This document shows, in pieces, positions 1-9,207 of a stretch of 37,200 bases of DNA; position 1 is the stretch's first letter, and every line of letters starts with the position of its first letter. The stretch covers positions 1 to 37,200 of the forward strand of contig CALDZZ010000226.1 of assembly GCA_937944075.1 (NCBI GenBank), read 5' to 3'. The DNA is from an uncultured Rhizobiaceae group bacterium (lineage in GTDB: Bacteria > Pseudomonadota > Alphaproteobacteria > Rhizobiales > Rhizobiaceae). The position numbers and the translations under genes were made by a program. Under the pieces are notes generated by a model that searched no databases, was not told the origin of the DNA, and saw nothing but the letters and a program-made list of their open reading frames with translations.

Positions 1-1
1 G

Positions 2-853
2 ATGTTCAGAACCTGTACCATACAGGTCAATCTGGATTTTTCCGATGAGCGTGACATGGTGCGCAAGATGCAGACCTCATTGAAACTGCAATCGACTGCA
101 TCTGCTCTATTTGCCAATTCGCCCTTTACGCATTCAAAACCGAACGGACTTCTTTCATGGCGCAGTGATATCTGGCGCGATGTCGATAATCAACGTGGTG
201 GCTACCACCCCTTCATGCTGGAAGAGGATTTCAGTTTTGAAAAATACGCTGATTGGGGACTGGATATCCCGATGTATTTCATCATACGCGATGGCAAGTA
301 TATTGACTGTACCCATATCACTTTCCGCCAGTTTATGGACGGTGCCCTGAAAGGCGAGATTGATGATCCGGTTGCAAATATTGGCGACTGGGGCAATCAC
401 ATGTCCACGCTTTTCCCGGATGTTCGGCTAAAGCGGTTCCTGGAAATGCGTGGCGCGGATGGTGGACCATGGCAGGATATTTGCGCCCTACCCGCTTTTT
501 GGGTTGGTCTTTTATATTCCGAAAACTCACTTGCTGCAGCAGAAGAACTCGTCAGGGACTGGACCCCTGAAATGGTTGGCAACCTGCGTAACGAAGTTCC
601 TGCCAAGGCACTGAATGCCGAAATCAACGGGAAAAAGCTGATTGATTATGCAAGCGAAGCAATCGAAATTTCACGTCTTGGCCTTGTCGAACGAGGCAAC
701 AAGAATTTCGAAAACTTCGATGAAAGCATATTCCTGATACCGTTGCAGGATACGATTGCATTGGGCAAAACACCTGCAGAGCGCATGCTGGACAAATATC
801 ATGGCGTATGGGATCAGGATATTTCCAAGGTCTTCAAGGAATATGCCTACTAG
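2..853 (+). CDS. gshA: Glutamate--cysteine ligase, plant/alphaproteobacterial GCS2 type (C-terminal 283 aa; 5' end outside window)
   Basis: ORF is open to the window edge. Translation carries stretches typical of the GCS2 family (FMLEEDFSFEKYADW, RLKRFLEMRGADGGPW, LPAFWVGLLY). Confidence 0.88.
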   Translation: MFRTCTIQVNLDFSDERDMVRKMQTSLKLQSTASALFANSPFTHSKPNGLLSWRSDIWRDVDNQRGGYHPFMLEEDFSFEKYADWGLDIPMYFIIRDGKYIDCTHITFRQFMDGALKGEIDDPVANIGDWGNHMSTLFPDVRLKRFLEMRGADGGPWQDICALPAFWVGLLYSENSLAAAEELVRDWTPEMVGNLRNEVPAKALNAEINGKKLIDYASEAIEISRLGLVERGNKNFENFDESIFLIPLQDTIALGKTPAERMLDKYHGVWDQDISKVFKEYAY

Positions 854-883
854 GACGTGAGTTTTTCAATCCAGCTCAAAAAG

Positions 884-1207
884 TCAGATTGATTGGCTCC
901 TGTAGCGCACGCCCTCTTCCACTTCTGTAAATTCAACCTGAATGTTGCTACCCTTGCGGGAGAGAACGCGACATGCTGCTCTTATGCTGTCTGGTTCTAT
1001 ATAAAGTGTGAAGGCAGATGGCAAACCCATCCAGCCGCTCATGGTCAGGGTTGCCTGTTCATCTGTAAAGTTTTTTACGCTGCAATGCACCGGGCTACTG
1101 TCCGGGCTGAACAATACTCTTCCGACACGGGGTAGCCGTTTATTGAGTTGATTCCGTCCTGCTGTTGGTCTTTTTTTATTTGAAGTTTCTACTGAGCCAA
1201 TGATCAT
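884..1207 (-). CDS. Small PilZ-like domain protein (about 107 aa)
   Basis: C-terminal pattern HCSVKNFTDEQATLTM...LPSAFTLYI...AACRVLSRKGSNIQVEF matches the small alphaproteobacterial PilZ beta-barrel layout. The ATG at 1207 is preferred over the TTG at 1246 given by the ORF track. Convergent with gshA. Confidence 0.55.
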   Translation of the reverse strand: MIIGSVETSNKKRPTAGRNQLNKRLPRVGRVLFSPDSSPVHCSVKNFTDEQATLTMSGWMGLPSAFTLYIEPDSIRAACRVLSRKGSNIQVEFTEVEEGVRYRSQSI

Positions 1208-1481
1208 AAAGTTAAAACCTGCCTGCCTATCATGTTTGTATATCAATCATACAAATACAAAATTATACAAACAGGGTTAATGTAGGATTAAGCCCTTTAA
1301 ACAAGGCCATTTTTTCGAATTTCGCCTGTATTTAAGCCTGTTGCCTGAGCTTTTGCGACCTCGAACTCAACCTGCATTCTCGGTCCAGGTGTATCTGCAA
1401 CAAAGTGAATGATTTGATTCACGGATATGAAACACAAAAATGCAAGTCTGCCCAAAACTACCAATGGGGATATCTAAGACC

Positions 1482-2267
1482 ATGAGCGGCTATGCACTTG
1501 AAGTTTCAAATCTTGTAAAAACCTTTGACCGACCGGCTGTCAACAACCTGTCATTCTCAGTCAATGGCGGCGAATTCTATTCCCTGCTGGGGCCAAATGG
1601 TGCGGGCAAAACAACCTCTCTTCGTATAGTGGCAGGCCTGCTTCAGGCAGACAGTGGCGGCATTCATGTTTTTGGTGAAAATGCACTGACAAATCCGGTG
1701 GGCGTCAAGCGGATGATGGCATGGGTTCCTGATGAGCCGATGATCTATGACAGGCTGACGCCGCTTGAATATCTTGAATTTGTTGCCGGCCTTTGGGAGA
1801 TTGAAAGCTCGCAGGCAAGAAAGAACTCTGAAGAACTGCTGGACTGGTTGGCGCTTGCTCCACATGCACATGAGCGCTGTGAAGGCTTTTCAAAAGGCAT
1901 GCGCCAGAAGGTGGCTCTTGCAGGTGCGCTTGTTCACGATCCCCGCCTGATCATTCTGGATGAACCCTTGACCGGTCTGGATGCAGGCTCGGCAAGACTT
2001 GTAAAGGATGTCCTTCTTGCCCGTGTTGAAAAAGGATGTTCCGTTATCATGACGACGCATATTCTTGAAGTTGCAGAACGCATGGCAGAGCGCATTGGCG
2101 TGATTTCAAAAGGCCGACTGATTGCAGAAGGCAGTCTTGAAGGCCTTCGCAATCAAACGGGCGACAAAGCCAATAGTCTTGAAGAAATTTTTCTTGAACT
2201 GGTTGAAGACGACGATAACGAAGCTCTTCAGTTTGAAACAACACAAGGCCAGGGAAAAGCAGCATGA
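1482..2267 (+). CDS. ABC transporter ATP-binding protein (ABC-2 / exporter type)
   Basis: Walker A GPNGAGKTT, signature-like FSKGMRQKVALAGAL, Walker B LIILDEPLTGLD, H-loop TTHILE. Start is taken at the ATG giving MSGYALEVSNLVKTF; the ORF-track start at 1440 and the ATG at 1464 remain possible. Confidence 0.85.
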   Translation: MSGYALEVSNLVKTFDRPAVNNLSFSVNGGEFYSLLGPNGAGKTTSLRIVAGLLQADSGGIHVFGENALTNPVGVKRMMAWVPDEPMIYDRLTPLEYLEFVAGLWEIESSQARKNSEELLDWLALAPHAHERCEGFSKGMRQKVALAGALVHDPRLIILDEPLTGLDAGSARLVKDVLLARVEKGCSVIMTTHILEVAERMAERIGVISKGRLIAEGSLEGLRNQTGDKANSLEEIFLELVEDDDNEALQFETTQGQGKAA

Positions 2268-3811
2268 GTTTTGCAAATCCTTCAGTTGGTTCCCTTGGCT
2301 GGTTTGCCCGTCACGAGTTTAACCTGTCCTGGCGTGATTTCATTCGAATGATGAGTGCGGGAAAACCCGGGCGCGAAAAAGGCGTCATGGTTTTCATTCT
2401 GTTGGCAGTGTTTGTCATTCATCTGATTGCCTATGCCATTATTGTTCCAGGCCTGAAAAACGGACTGGTGGTAGACAAGAGCCTCATGTCCATGATTGGC
2501 GGCAGCATACTTCTGACATTGTCCCTGATGATGTCCCAGGCGCTTGAACTGGTCACAAGGGTATTTTACTCAAGATCCGATCTCGATCTGATTTTGTCTT
2601 CACCCACATCTGCAAGAAAAGTATTTGCCGTACGCATTGGTGCAATAGCCACTTCAACAGCGATGTTGTCATTATTGTTGTTTGGAGCGGCGATAAACAT
2701 TCTTGCCATTTTCGACAGCCTTTTTTGGTTAAGCGCCTATTTGGTTTTGTTTGCATGTGGTGCAGTTGCTACCGCCCTTTCACTTGGCATAACGGTCTTT
2801 ATGTTCAGGACACTGGGTGCAAAACGCACCCGACTTGTCTCACAAATTATTGCAGCGACCGTTGGAGCAGGCTTTATCATTGGTATTCAGCTTGCGGCGA
2901 TCTCTTCCATCGGCACAATTTCCCGGTTTGATTTTCTTTCTTCACAAACGGTTGCCAATGCAGTACCTGACCTTGCCAGTTCCTTATGGATCCCGGCGCG
3001 TGCAGTCATGGGCGAAGGCACATCATTGATAATCACGGTTCTATCCGGATTTGGCCTTTTACTCATGGCGATAGTTGCCTTTTCAGGTCGTTTTGGAGAA
3101 TACGTGATTACCGCTGCGGGTGTCAGTCAAACGGCACAAACAAAAAAGCAATCCATTGTCAGTTTCAAGACACGCAGCATTGCTGCTACGCTTCGGCACA
3201 AGGAATGGCGTTTGCTGCTTCGCGATCACTGGCTTTTGTCTCAAACCCTGATGCAAGTGCTTTACCTCATCCCGCCTGCCTTCATGCTTTGGCAGAATTT
3301 CGGCAACACAAACAGCATTGGCATTGTCGTTATTCCGGTTCTTGTCATGGCCACAGGTCAATTGGCAGGTGGTCTTGCATGGCTCGCGATTTCCGGTGAG
3401 GACGCACCCCAACTTGTGCAAACTGCTCCAGTAGAAAAAGGTGCTGTCATTCGGGCAAAAACAGAAGCTGTTCTTGGTGCCATCGGATTTATCGCAGCAC
3501 CAATTATATTGCTGATGCTGTTTCTGGATATCAAGCTTGCACTCATTGCGACTGTCGGAATTGCTTGCGCAACAATATCGGCGACCATGATCCAGCTTTG
3601 GTTCAGAAGCCAGGCAAAACGGTCAAACTTTCGTCGTCGTCAGACTTCATCAAAAGTTGCAACACTCTCTGAAGCCTTTTCCTCGATCATGTGGGCAGGC
3701 AGTGCAGCGCTCGTCGCTGGCGGCTTGTGGCAATTTGCCGGCATTACCGCCCTGCTTGCATTGGGTGTTCTGTGGATAGCTAGAAGTTTCCGTCCTCAGC
3801 AGGAAATTTGA
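2264..3811 (+). CDS. Polytopic membrane protein, putative ABC exporter permease (515 aa)
   Basis: Its ATG overlaps the ATPase stop (ATGA at 2264-2267). There are roughly 10-12 hydrophobic segments along the whole length. It resembles the 'putative ABC exporter' family that pairs with ABC-2 ATPases. Confidence 0.65.
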   Translation: MSFANPSVGSLGWFARHEFNLSWRDFIRMMSAGKPGREKGVMVFILLAVFVIHLIAYAIIVPGLKNGLVVDKSLMSMIGGSILLTLSLMMSQALELVTRVFYSRSDLDLILSSPTSARKVFAVRIGAIATSTAMLSLLLFGAAINILAIFDSLFWLSAYLVLFACGAVATALSLGITVFMFRTLGAKRTRLVSQIIAATVGAGFIIGIQLAAISSIGTISRFDFLSSQTVANAVPDLASSLWIPARAVMGEGTSLIITVLSGFGLLLMAIVAFSGRFGEYVITAAGVSQTAQTKKQSIVSFKTRSIAATLRHKEWRLLLRDHWLLSQTLMQVLYLIPPAFMLWQNFGNTNSIGIVVIPVLVMATGQLAGGLAWLAISGEDAPQLVQTAPVEKGAVIRAKTEAVLGAIGFIAAPIILLMLFLDIKLALIATVGIACATISATMIQLWFRSQAKRSNFRRRQTSSKVATLSEAFSSIMWAGSAALVAGGLWQFAGITALLALGVLWIARSFRPQQEI

Positions 3812-3849
3812 TTGCTTACGTTTCATCCAATCTTTGCTAAAAGGATTGG

Positions 3850-5343
3850 ATGAACACTTATTCCGATACCGGCAATGCCAAAAGCAATCAGTCTGAATAT
3901 ACAGTAACTGAAATCTCCGCCTCCTTGAAAAAAACAGTCGAGGACAGGTTTGGCTATGTGCGTATTCGGGGCGAAATTACGGGCTTTCGCGGGCCCCACT
4001 CTTCAGGTCATTGTTATTTTGCACTCAAGGATGATCGCGCCAGAATAGAGGCGGTTATCTGGAAAGGTGTTGCAAACCGGTTAAAGCATTTTCCGGAGGA
4101 AGGCCTTGAGGTTATTGCCTCAGGCAAGTTGACCACTTATCCGGGTTCTTCAAAATACCAGGTTGTGATTGATAATCTGGAACCGGCTGGCGCAGGCGCC
4201 CTGATGGCGCTTCTACAGGAGCGAAAGGCAAAGCTGGAGGCAGAAGGTCTGTTTGCAGCAGAGCGCAAGCAATTATTGCCTTATATGCCACAAAAGATTG
4301 GTGTGATAACCTCTCCGACCGGAGCGGTTATTCGTGATGTGCTCCACCGTATTTCAGATCGTTTTCCACTGCATGTAATAGTCTGGCCCGTACGGGTGCA
4401 AGGCGAGACGACAGGCACGGAAGTCAGTAATGCCATTAACGGCTTTAATGAAATGTCAGACAAACCTGATCTGATCATTGTTGCGCGTGGCGGTGGCTCA
4501 ATTGAAGACCTTTGGGGCTTTAACGACGAGATTGTTGTGCGGGCTGCTGCCAACTCGGACATTCCGCTCATCTCTGCAGTCGGCCATGAAACAGACTGGA
4601 CGTTGATTGACCTTGCAGCAGATGTTCGCGCACCAACCCCAACAGGTGCTGCCGAACTTGCCATTCCCGTCAAGGCTGAGCTGGATGCAACGGTTGCAAG
4701 TTTAAAGGCACGGTTGCAGACTGCCCTTTCAAGACAATTTGAAAAGGCGCGCAGTAACCTTCTTGCCGCCGAACGCGGACTTGCATCTCCCGACATGCTG
4801 CTTGCAATGCCAAGACGAAGACTGGATGAAGCAACCGGTCGGCTTGGGCGCGGGCTTGACCTCGCTACACGCAAGAAACGCACCCATTATGAAAGTATGG
4901 CAGGTCGCTTGTCTCATCGAGGATTATCAGCATCCATTGCCAGAAATTATGACAGACTGGATGCACTTGGTCGCCGTGCAAATGCAGCACATATGAACAA
5001 AGTTCAGTCCACGACAAGACATGTTGTGGATCTCGCCAGACGTAACCAAAACGCTTTTGAAAATCAGGTTGTCAGAACCAAAGCACGATACGAACAAGCA
5101 CATCGATTGCTTGGTAGTCTTTCGTATAAAAGTATTTTGGAGCGCGGCTATGCGGTTGTCAGAAATGCAAAAGACACGCCTATCGCGTCCGTTGATAAAA
5201 TCAAATCTGGAGATGCATTTAGTGTTGAGCTAAAGGATGGTCGCATTTCAGCAATAGCAGCAGGCAGTGATATCACGTCACCTGCTCCAAAAAAAACCGC
5301 GAAAAAGTCTGACGATACAACCTCGCAAGGTGATCTTTTTTAA
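3850..5343 (+). CDS. xseA: Exodeoxyribonuclease VII large subunit
   Basis: N-terminal OB-fold region (VRIRGEITGFRGPHSSGHCYFALKD), catalytic core (IGVITSPTGAVIRD, IIVARGGGSIEDLW, ISAVGHETDWTL) and a long helical C-terminus. AAGGA Shine-Dalgarno upstream. Confidence 0.92.
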   Translation: MNTYSDTGNAKSNQSEYTVTEISASLKKTVEDRFGYVRIRGEITGFRGPHSSGHCYFALKDDRARIEAVIWKGVANRLKHFPEEGLEVIASGKLTTYPGSSKYQVVIDNLEPAGAGALMALLQERKAKLEAEGLFAAERKQLLPYMPQKIGVITSPTGAVIRDVLHRISDRFPLHVIVWPVRVQGETTGTEVSNAINGFNEMSDKPDLIIVARGGGSIEDLWGFNDEIVVRAAANSDIPLISAVGHETDWTLIDLAADVRAPTPTGAAELAIPVKAELDATVASLKARLQTALSRQFEKARSNLLAAERGLASPDMLLAMPRRRLDEATGRLGRGLDLATRKKRTHYESMAGRLSHRGLSASIARNYDRLDALGRRANAAHMNKVQSTTRHVVDLARRNQNAFENQVVRTKARYEQAHRLLGSLSYKSILERGYAVVRNAKDTPIASVDKIKSGDAFSVELKDGRISAIAAGSDITSPAPKKTAKKSDDTTSQGDLF

Positions 5344-5346
5344 AGC

Positions 5347-6681
5347 TTATTCTTCTGTAAAGGCACCCCGGAAACTGTCAGTAATCGGTTTGGCCAGATA
5401 TTCAACAAAGGTTCTGTCACCAGTCTTGATGAATGCATCAACCGGCATGCCGGCGTAAATCTTGTTTGCGTCAAAATCCTTTGGCAAATCCTCAACCAGT
5501 TTCAGGCGCGCATCATAATAAACTTCCTGCGTTGCCTCATCGACAAGACGATCAACAGATATGTATTCAACCGTTGCAGGTACCTCTGGCGTTGTTCTGG
5601 CATTGAGCGCAGAAAAACGGATACTTGCTTCCTGACCAATCGTTATGATGTCGATATCCGTTGGCGAAACCCGCGCAGATATAATCAAGTCACTTGAGGT
5701 TGGCAGAAGCTCCAGCACGGTTTCACCTGGACGAATAATACTGCCAATTGTGTTTTTCTCGATCTTGACCACAACTCCGTCGACAGGTGCGCGAATGACC
5801 ATGCGTTGCAAAATATCAGACCGTGATGTCAGTTGTTCATCAAGATCATCAATTTCTGTTCTGAGCTGATTGATGCGACCAGATGCTTCCGACTTTCTGG
5901 CTGCGCGAATGGTTTCCTGGCGGCTTCTTACTTCTGCAATCGCATTTTTGCGTTGACCGATTCTTGCCCGCAAGGCACCAATTGCACCTTTCGTATCTGC
6001 TTCCTCACGCAATAAAGCATTGTATTGGTTCTTTGGTGTGAGACCTCTGGCAAGAAGGGTTTTCTTGGCCTTGATTTCTTCGCTCAGTACGGAGAGCTTT
6101 GTGTTCTCTGCTTCAATCTGAAGTTCGATGCCTGACAGTTCCTGTTCAATCGCGTTGACCTGCTCGTCCAGCACATTCAGTTCTGACTTGTGCTGACTTA
6201 GGCGTGAATCAAATTCTGCCTTTTGCAATTCAAGCGGCTCAAGATGCTCGTTTTCCCTAGCTCGTTCCAACAGATTATCCGGATATTCGAAAGTATCCGA
6301 TCCTGTCATTTCCGCAGTCATTCGTACAAGATTGGCCGTTAATGATACGAGGGATTTTTCCACACGGTTCCTGCCTGTGGCTGCCTGTGTTTGGTCAAGA
6401 TATACCAGAGGATCACCCTGTTTGACGGTCGCGCCGTTTTGTGTGGCAATCTCTGCAATGATCCCGCCTTCCAGGTGATCTATGCTTTGGTTTTGTCCGC
6501 TTGCGACCACAACGCCAGGTGCGATTGCAGCACCAGCAATCGGGGCCCTTATTGCCCATAGTCCAAAGCCGGCAACAAAAATCGCAAGAACAAGCAAGCC
6601 GCTTAACAGGGGCGTGGTTATGCTGGTTGGAACGCGCTGGCGCCAATCAGGCTGCTTGGCAGTATTGGATTTTATTTGCAT
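5347..6681 (-). CDS. Type I secretion membrane-fusion (HlyD family) adaptor
   Basis: N-terminal TM anchor, a long coiled-coil hairpin (residues about 150-300) and a C-terminal beta-barrel ([24 protein letters not shown]). The ATG at 6681 has an AGGAG 8 nt upstream; the ORF track begins one codon earlier at a GTG. It directly follows the ABC gene. Confidence 0.88.
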   Translation of the reverse strand: MQIKSNTAKQPDWRQRVPTSITTPLLSGLLVLAIFVAGFGLWAIRAPIAGAAIAPGVVVASGQNQSIDHLEGGIIAEIATQNGATVKQGDPLVYLDQTQAATGRNRVEKSLVSLTANLVRMTAEMTGSDTFEYPDNLLERARENEHLEPLELQKAEFDSRLSQHKSELNVLDEQVNAIEQELSGIELQIEAENTKLSVLSEEIKAKKTLLARGLTPKNQYNALLREEADTKGAIGALRARIGQRKNAIAEVRSRQETIRAARKSEASGRINQLRTEIDDLDEQLTSRSDILQRMVIRAPVDGVVVKIEKNTIGSIIRPGETVLELLPTSSDLIISARVSPTDIDIITIGQEASIRFSALNARTTPEVPATVEYISVDRLVDEATQEVYYDARLKLVEDLPKDFDANKIYAGMPVDAFIKTGDRTFVEYLAKPITDSFRGAFTEE

Positions 6682-6684
6682 CAC

Positions 6685-8400
6685 TTATACTCCTGCACCG
6701 GCTGATCGTTGTTGCTTGTTTTTGGCTGCTTTCATTGCACGTTCTTTTGTTATCTTGATGACTTCCTCACGTGGGCCATAGTCAATGATTTTACCATCCG
6801 ACATTCGCATGATGTTATCGACAACCTGAATGACACTATCGCGCTGCGTTACAAGAAAAACCGTAATCCTGTTCTTTTTTGCAGCAACCAAAGCCCGCAA
6901 GAGAGCGTTTTCACCGATCCGGTCAAGACTTGAGTTTGGTTCATCCAAAACCAGCAGTTTCGGGTTCCCGTAAAAAGCCCTTGCCAATCCCAATCGCTGT
7001 TTCTCGCCACCCGAAACCGCAAGGCCGCCCGGCCCAATGGGTGTGTCATATCCTTGTGGCATTTTCTTGATCAGGTCTTCTACATGCGCCATTTCTGCGG
7101 CACGTCTGATGTCTTCATCTTTTGCATCAGGTTGAAAGCGCGAAATATTCTGGGCAATTGTTCCCGGCATCAATTCCACATCCTGAGCCAGATAACCAAC
7201 ATGCTTTCCCAAATCCTGTGGATCCCAATTTGCAATATTATTGCCATCAATTCTAATATCTCCGGCAAAGGGCTTGAAGGCACCTATTATGATTCTTGCC
7301 AGTGTCGACTTTCCCGACCCCGAAGGACCAATGACTGCAACGGACTGGCCTTCGGGAAGCTTGAAAGATATACCGTTCAAAATGGGTGGCTTTTTTCGGT
7401 CAAGTGGGTTGGGTTGCAAAATGCCTTCTGCTGTCAGTTGGCCCTTTGGCTCGGCAACTTCCGTGTATTTCTCGCGACGTTCCGTGCTTGCCACAAAATC
7501 TTTCACCTTTCGCCAGGCATTTCTGCCAGCGCTTAACTGTGGCCAGGAATTGATCACCATATCGATGGGTTGCAACGCGCGGCCAGAAATGATGGACGAG
7601 GCAAATATCATGCCTGCAGTCATTTCACCCTGCTGAACCAGATATGCACCATAGCCGAGCATTGCAGCCTGAATACCAAACCGTATGGTTCTGGATAATC
7701 CACCAAAGATTGAGTTTCGGTTGGCAGCCTTGTCAGCGGCAATCAAGGCATTGGCATTCCAATTACCCCAACTGGCAACCACATCCTTCATCATGCCCAT
7801 GGCGATGATACTGTCTGAGTTGCGCGCAAAATATTCAGATTGCTGATGAGCAGTGACACTCGCCTGCGCCTGTTCAAGTGAAGCCTTTTCTGTAAACTTC
7901 AGATTCAGGATTGCAACGGCCAGCAAGATCAATGCACCAATAACCGTTAGCCAGAACAATGATGGATGAACGAGATAAAGACACCCGATGAAAATCAGGG
8001 AAAACGGAAAATCAATCACACCAAACAATATCTTTGAAGAAACAATTCCGCGAACAGCCTGCAAATCCCGCAAGGGCTGGATATTGCCGTTTGATTTATG
8101 CCCCTCAAGGATAACACGCTCCATGACATCATTGGCAAGAACAGAATCCAGCCTTGCTGCTGCACGGGTAGCAAGGATTTGACGCACCATTTCCGTTAGG
8201 CCAAGAATAATCAGGGCGAAAGCTGCCAGTATGGAAAGAAAGATAAGGGTATTGCTTGATTGGGATGGCAGGACACGGTCATAAATCTGAAGCATGTAAA
8301 GCGGGATTGTGAGCTGCAACAAGTTTGCAAAGAATGAAAAGAAGGCAATGATCAGCAGTGTGCCCTTGAACCCGCGTGTTGCCTTTACGAGATTTTCCAT
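6685..8400 (-). CDS. Type I secretion system permease/ATPase (PrtD/AprD-like, no C39 peptidase domain)
   Basis: N-terminus FFANLLQLTIPLYMLQIYDRVLPS is typical of T1SS ABC exporters. Walker A GPSGSGKST, signature VSGGEKQRLGLARA, Walker B LLVLDEPNSSLD. AAGGAA Shine-Dalgarno upstream. Confidence 0.9.
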   Translation of the reverse strand: MENLVKATRGFKGTLLIIAFFSFFANLLQLTIPLYMLQIYDRVLPSQSSNTLIFLSILAAFALIILGLTEMVRQILATRAAARLDSVLANDVMERVILEGHKSNGNIQPLRDLQAVRGIVSSKILFGVIDFPFSLIFIGCLYLVHPSLFWLTVIGALILLAVAILNLKFTEKASLEQAQASVTAHQQSEYFARNSDSIIAMGMMKDVVASWGNWNANALIAADKAANRNSIFGGLSRTIRFGIQAAMLGYGAYLVQQGEMTAGMIFASSIISGRALQPIDMVINSWPQLSAGRNAWRKVKDFVASTERREKYTEVAEPKGQLTAEGILQPNPLDRKKPPILNGISFKLPEGQSVAVIGPSGSGKSTLARIIIGAFKPFAGDIRIDGNNIANWDPQDLGKHVGYLAQDVELMPGTIAQNISRFQPDAKDEDIRRAAEMAHVEDLIKKMPQGYDTPIGPGGLAVSGGEKQRLGLARAFYGNPKLLVLDEPNSSLDRIGENALLRALVAAKKNRITVFLVTQRDSVIQVVDNIMRMSDGKIIDYGPREEVIKITKERAMKAAKNKQQRSAGAGV

Positions 8401-8508
8401 TCCGTATTCCTTTTACCCGCTACTTTTTGAGAACCAACCCCTGCAAATTACGAATCAGTATTATCGATAAATACTTAACTCTAAATTACGGTTTTAAAAC
8501 CAGCGCAT

Positions 8509-8537
8509 AAAAAAACCCCGGACGTAAACGTCCAGGG
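8509..8537 (-). terminator. Rho-independent terminator downstream of mscL
   Basis: On the minus strand: CCCUGGACG-UUUA-CGUCCGGGG (9-bp stem with one G:U pair) followed by UUUUUUU. Confidence 0.7.
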
Positions 8538-8562
8538 TTCTCAAATTCACAATTTGTATTGA

Positions 8563-8967
8563 TTATTTTCTCAAAAGATCGCGAATTTCTGTAAGAAGAA
8601 CTTCTTCAGCTGGTGGTGCTGCAGGCTCTTCTTCTTTTTTCTTTTCAAGGCCTTTCACGAAACGAACCATCATGAAGATTACGAAACCGATGATTACGAA
8701 ATTGATGATTGTTGTGAAGAATGAACCGTATGCAAGAACTGCACCCTGTTCCTTGGCTTTTTCAAGTGAAGTAGCTGTTACACCATCGCCAAGTGCGATG
8801 AAGTAGTTTGAGAAGTCGAGGCCACCAAAAATCCAACCTACGATTGGCATGATGATGTCAGCAACCAGTGAAGCTGTAATCAAGGCGAAAGCGCCGGCAA
8901 TGATAACAGCAACAGCCAGGTCCATGACGTTGCCCTTCATGATAAAGTCTTTAAATTCGTTCAACAT
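8563..8967 (-). CDS. mscL: Large-conductance mechanosensitive channel
   Basis: [27 protein letters not shown]... is the canonical MscL N-terminus/TM1, and the protein is about 134 aa. The ATG at 8967 has an AGAGGGGA Shine-Dalgarno upstream; the 12-codon ORF-track extension to 9003 is rejected. Confidence 0.92.
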   Translation of the reverse strand: MLNEFKDFIMKGNVMDLAVAVIIAGAFALITASLVADIIMPIVGWIFGGLDFSNYFIALGDGVTATSLEKAKEQGAVLAYGSFFTTIINFVIIGFVIFMMVRFVKGLEKKKEEEPAAPPAEEVLLTEIRDLLRK

Positions 8968-9207
8968 TTGAGAATATCCCCTCTTAAGATAACATGGCAT
9001 CATTCTTGATGCCGTAGCGTTACTTAATTTATTTTTTACCTTAAGTTAAGTGCAAATTTCCCCAAAAAAGCAGAAAAAGTCTCAATAAACAGTTTTTTTA
9101 CATATTTTTTCGCCAAACATCATGATTAGACAAACTGTACAAGAATATGCTGATATCAATTGAAGATATTTGACAGCATAATTCGCTGTTTTCAGGGGAA
9201 GACAATC

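Noticed and set aside
4281-4883. 200-aa ORF antisense to xseA
   Set aside because: It lies entirely inside a confidently assigned gene. The translation is Ala/Ser/Arg-rich low-complexity sequence typical of shadow ORFs, with no motifs or Shine-Dalgarno.
7054-7636. 160-aa and 131-aa ORFs antisense to the T1SS ABC gene
   Set aside because: Shadow frames of a well-supported CDS, with no recognisable domains.
8475-8489. TTAA-N7-TTAC near-CtrA box upstream of the T1SS operon
   Set aside because: One mismatch to the consensus, in an AT-rich intergenic region, with no supporting evidence. Likely coincidental.
9160-9207. ORF-track upstream extensions at non-ATG or weak starts. Affected genes: kinase (9160), ABC ATPase (1440), MerR (31737), acyl-CoA dehydrogenase (32396), mscL (9003), DUF805 (27539), regulator (13384).
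   Set aside because: In each case a downstream start has a better Shine-Dalgarno and/or yields the family-typical N-terminus. Coordinates were trimmed accordingly, but without experimental proof.
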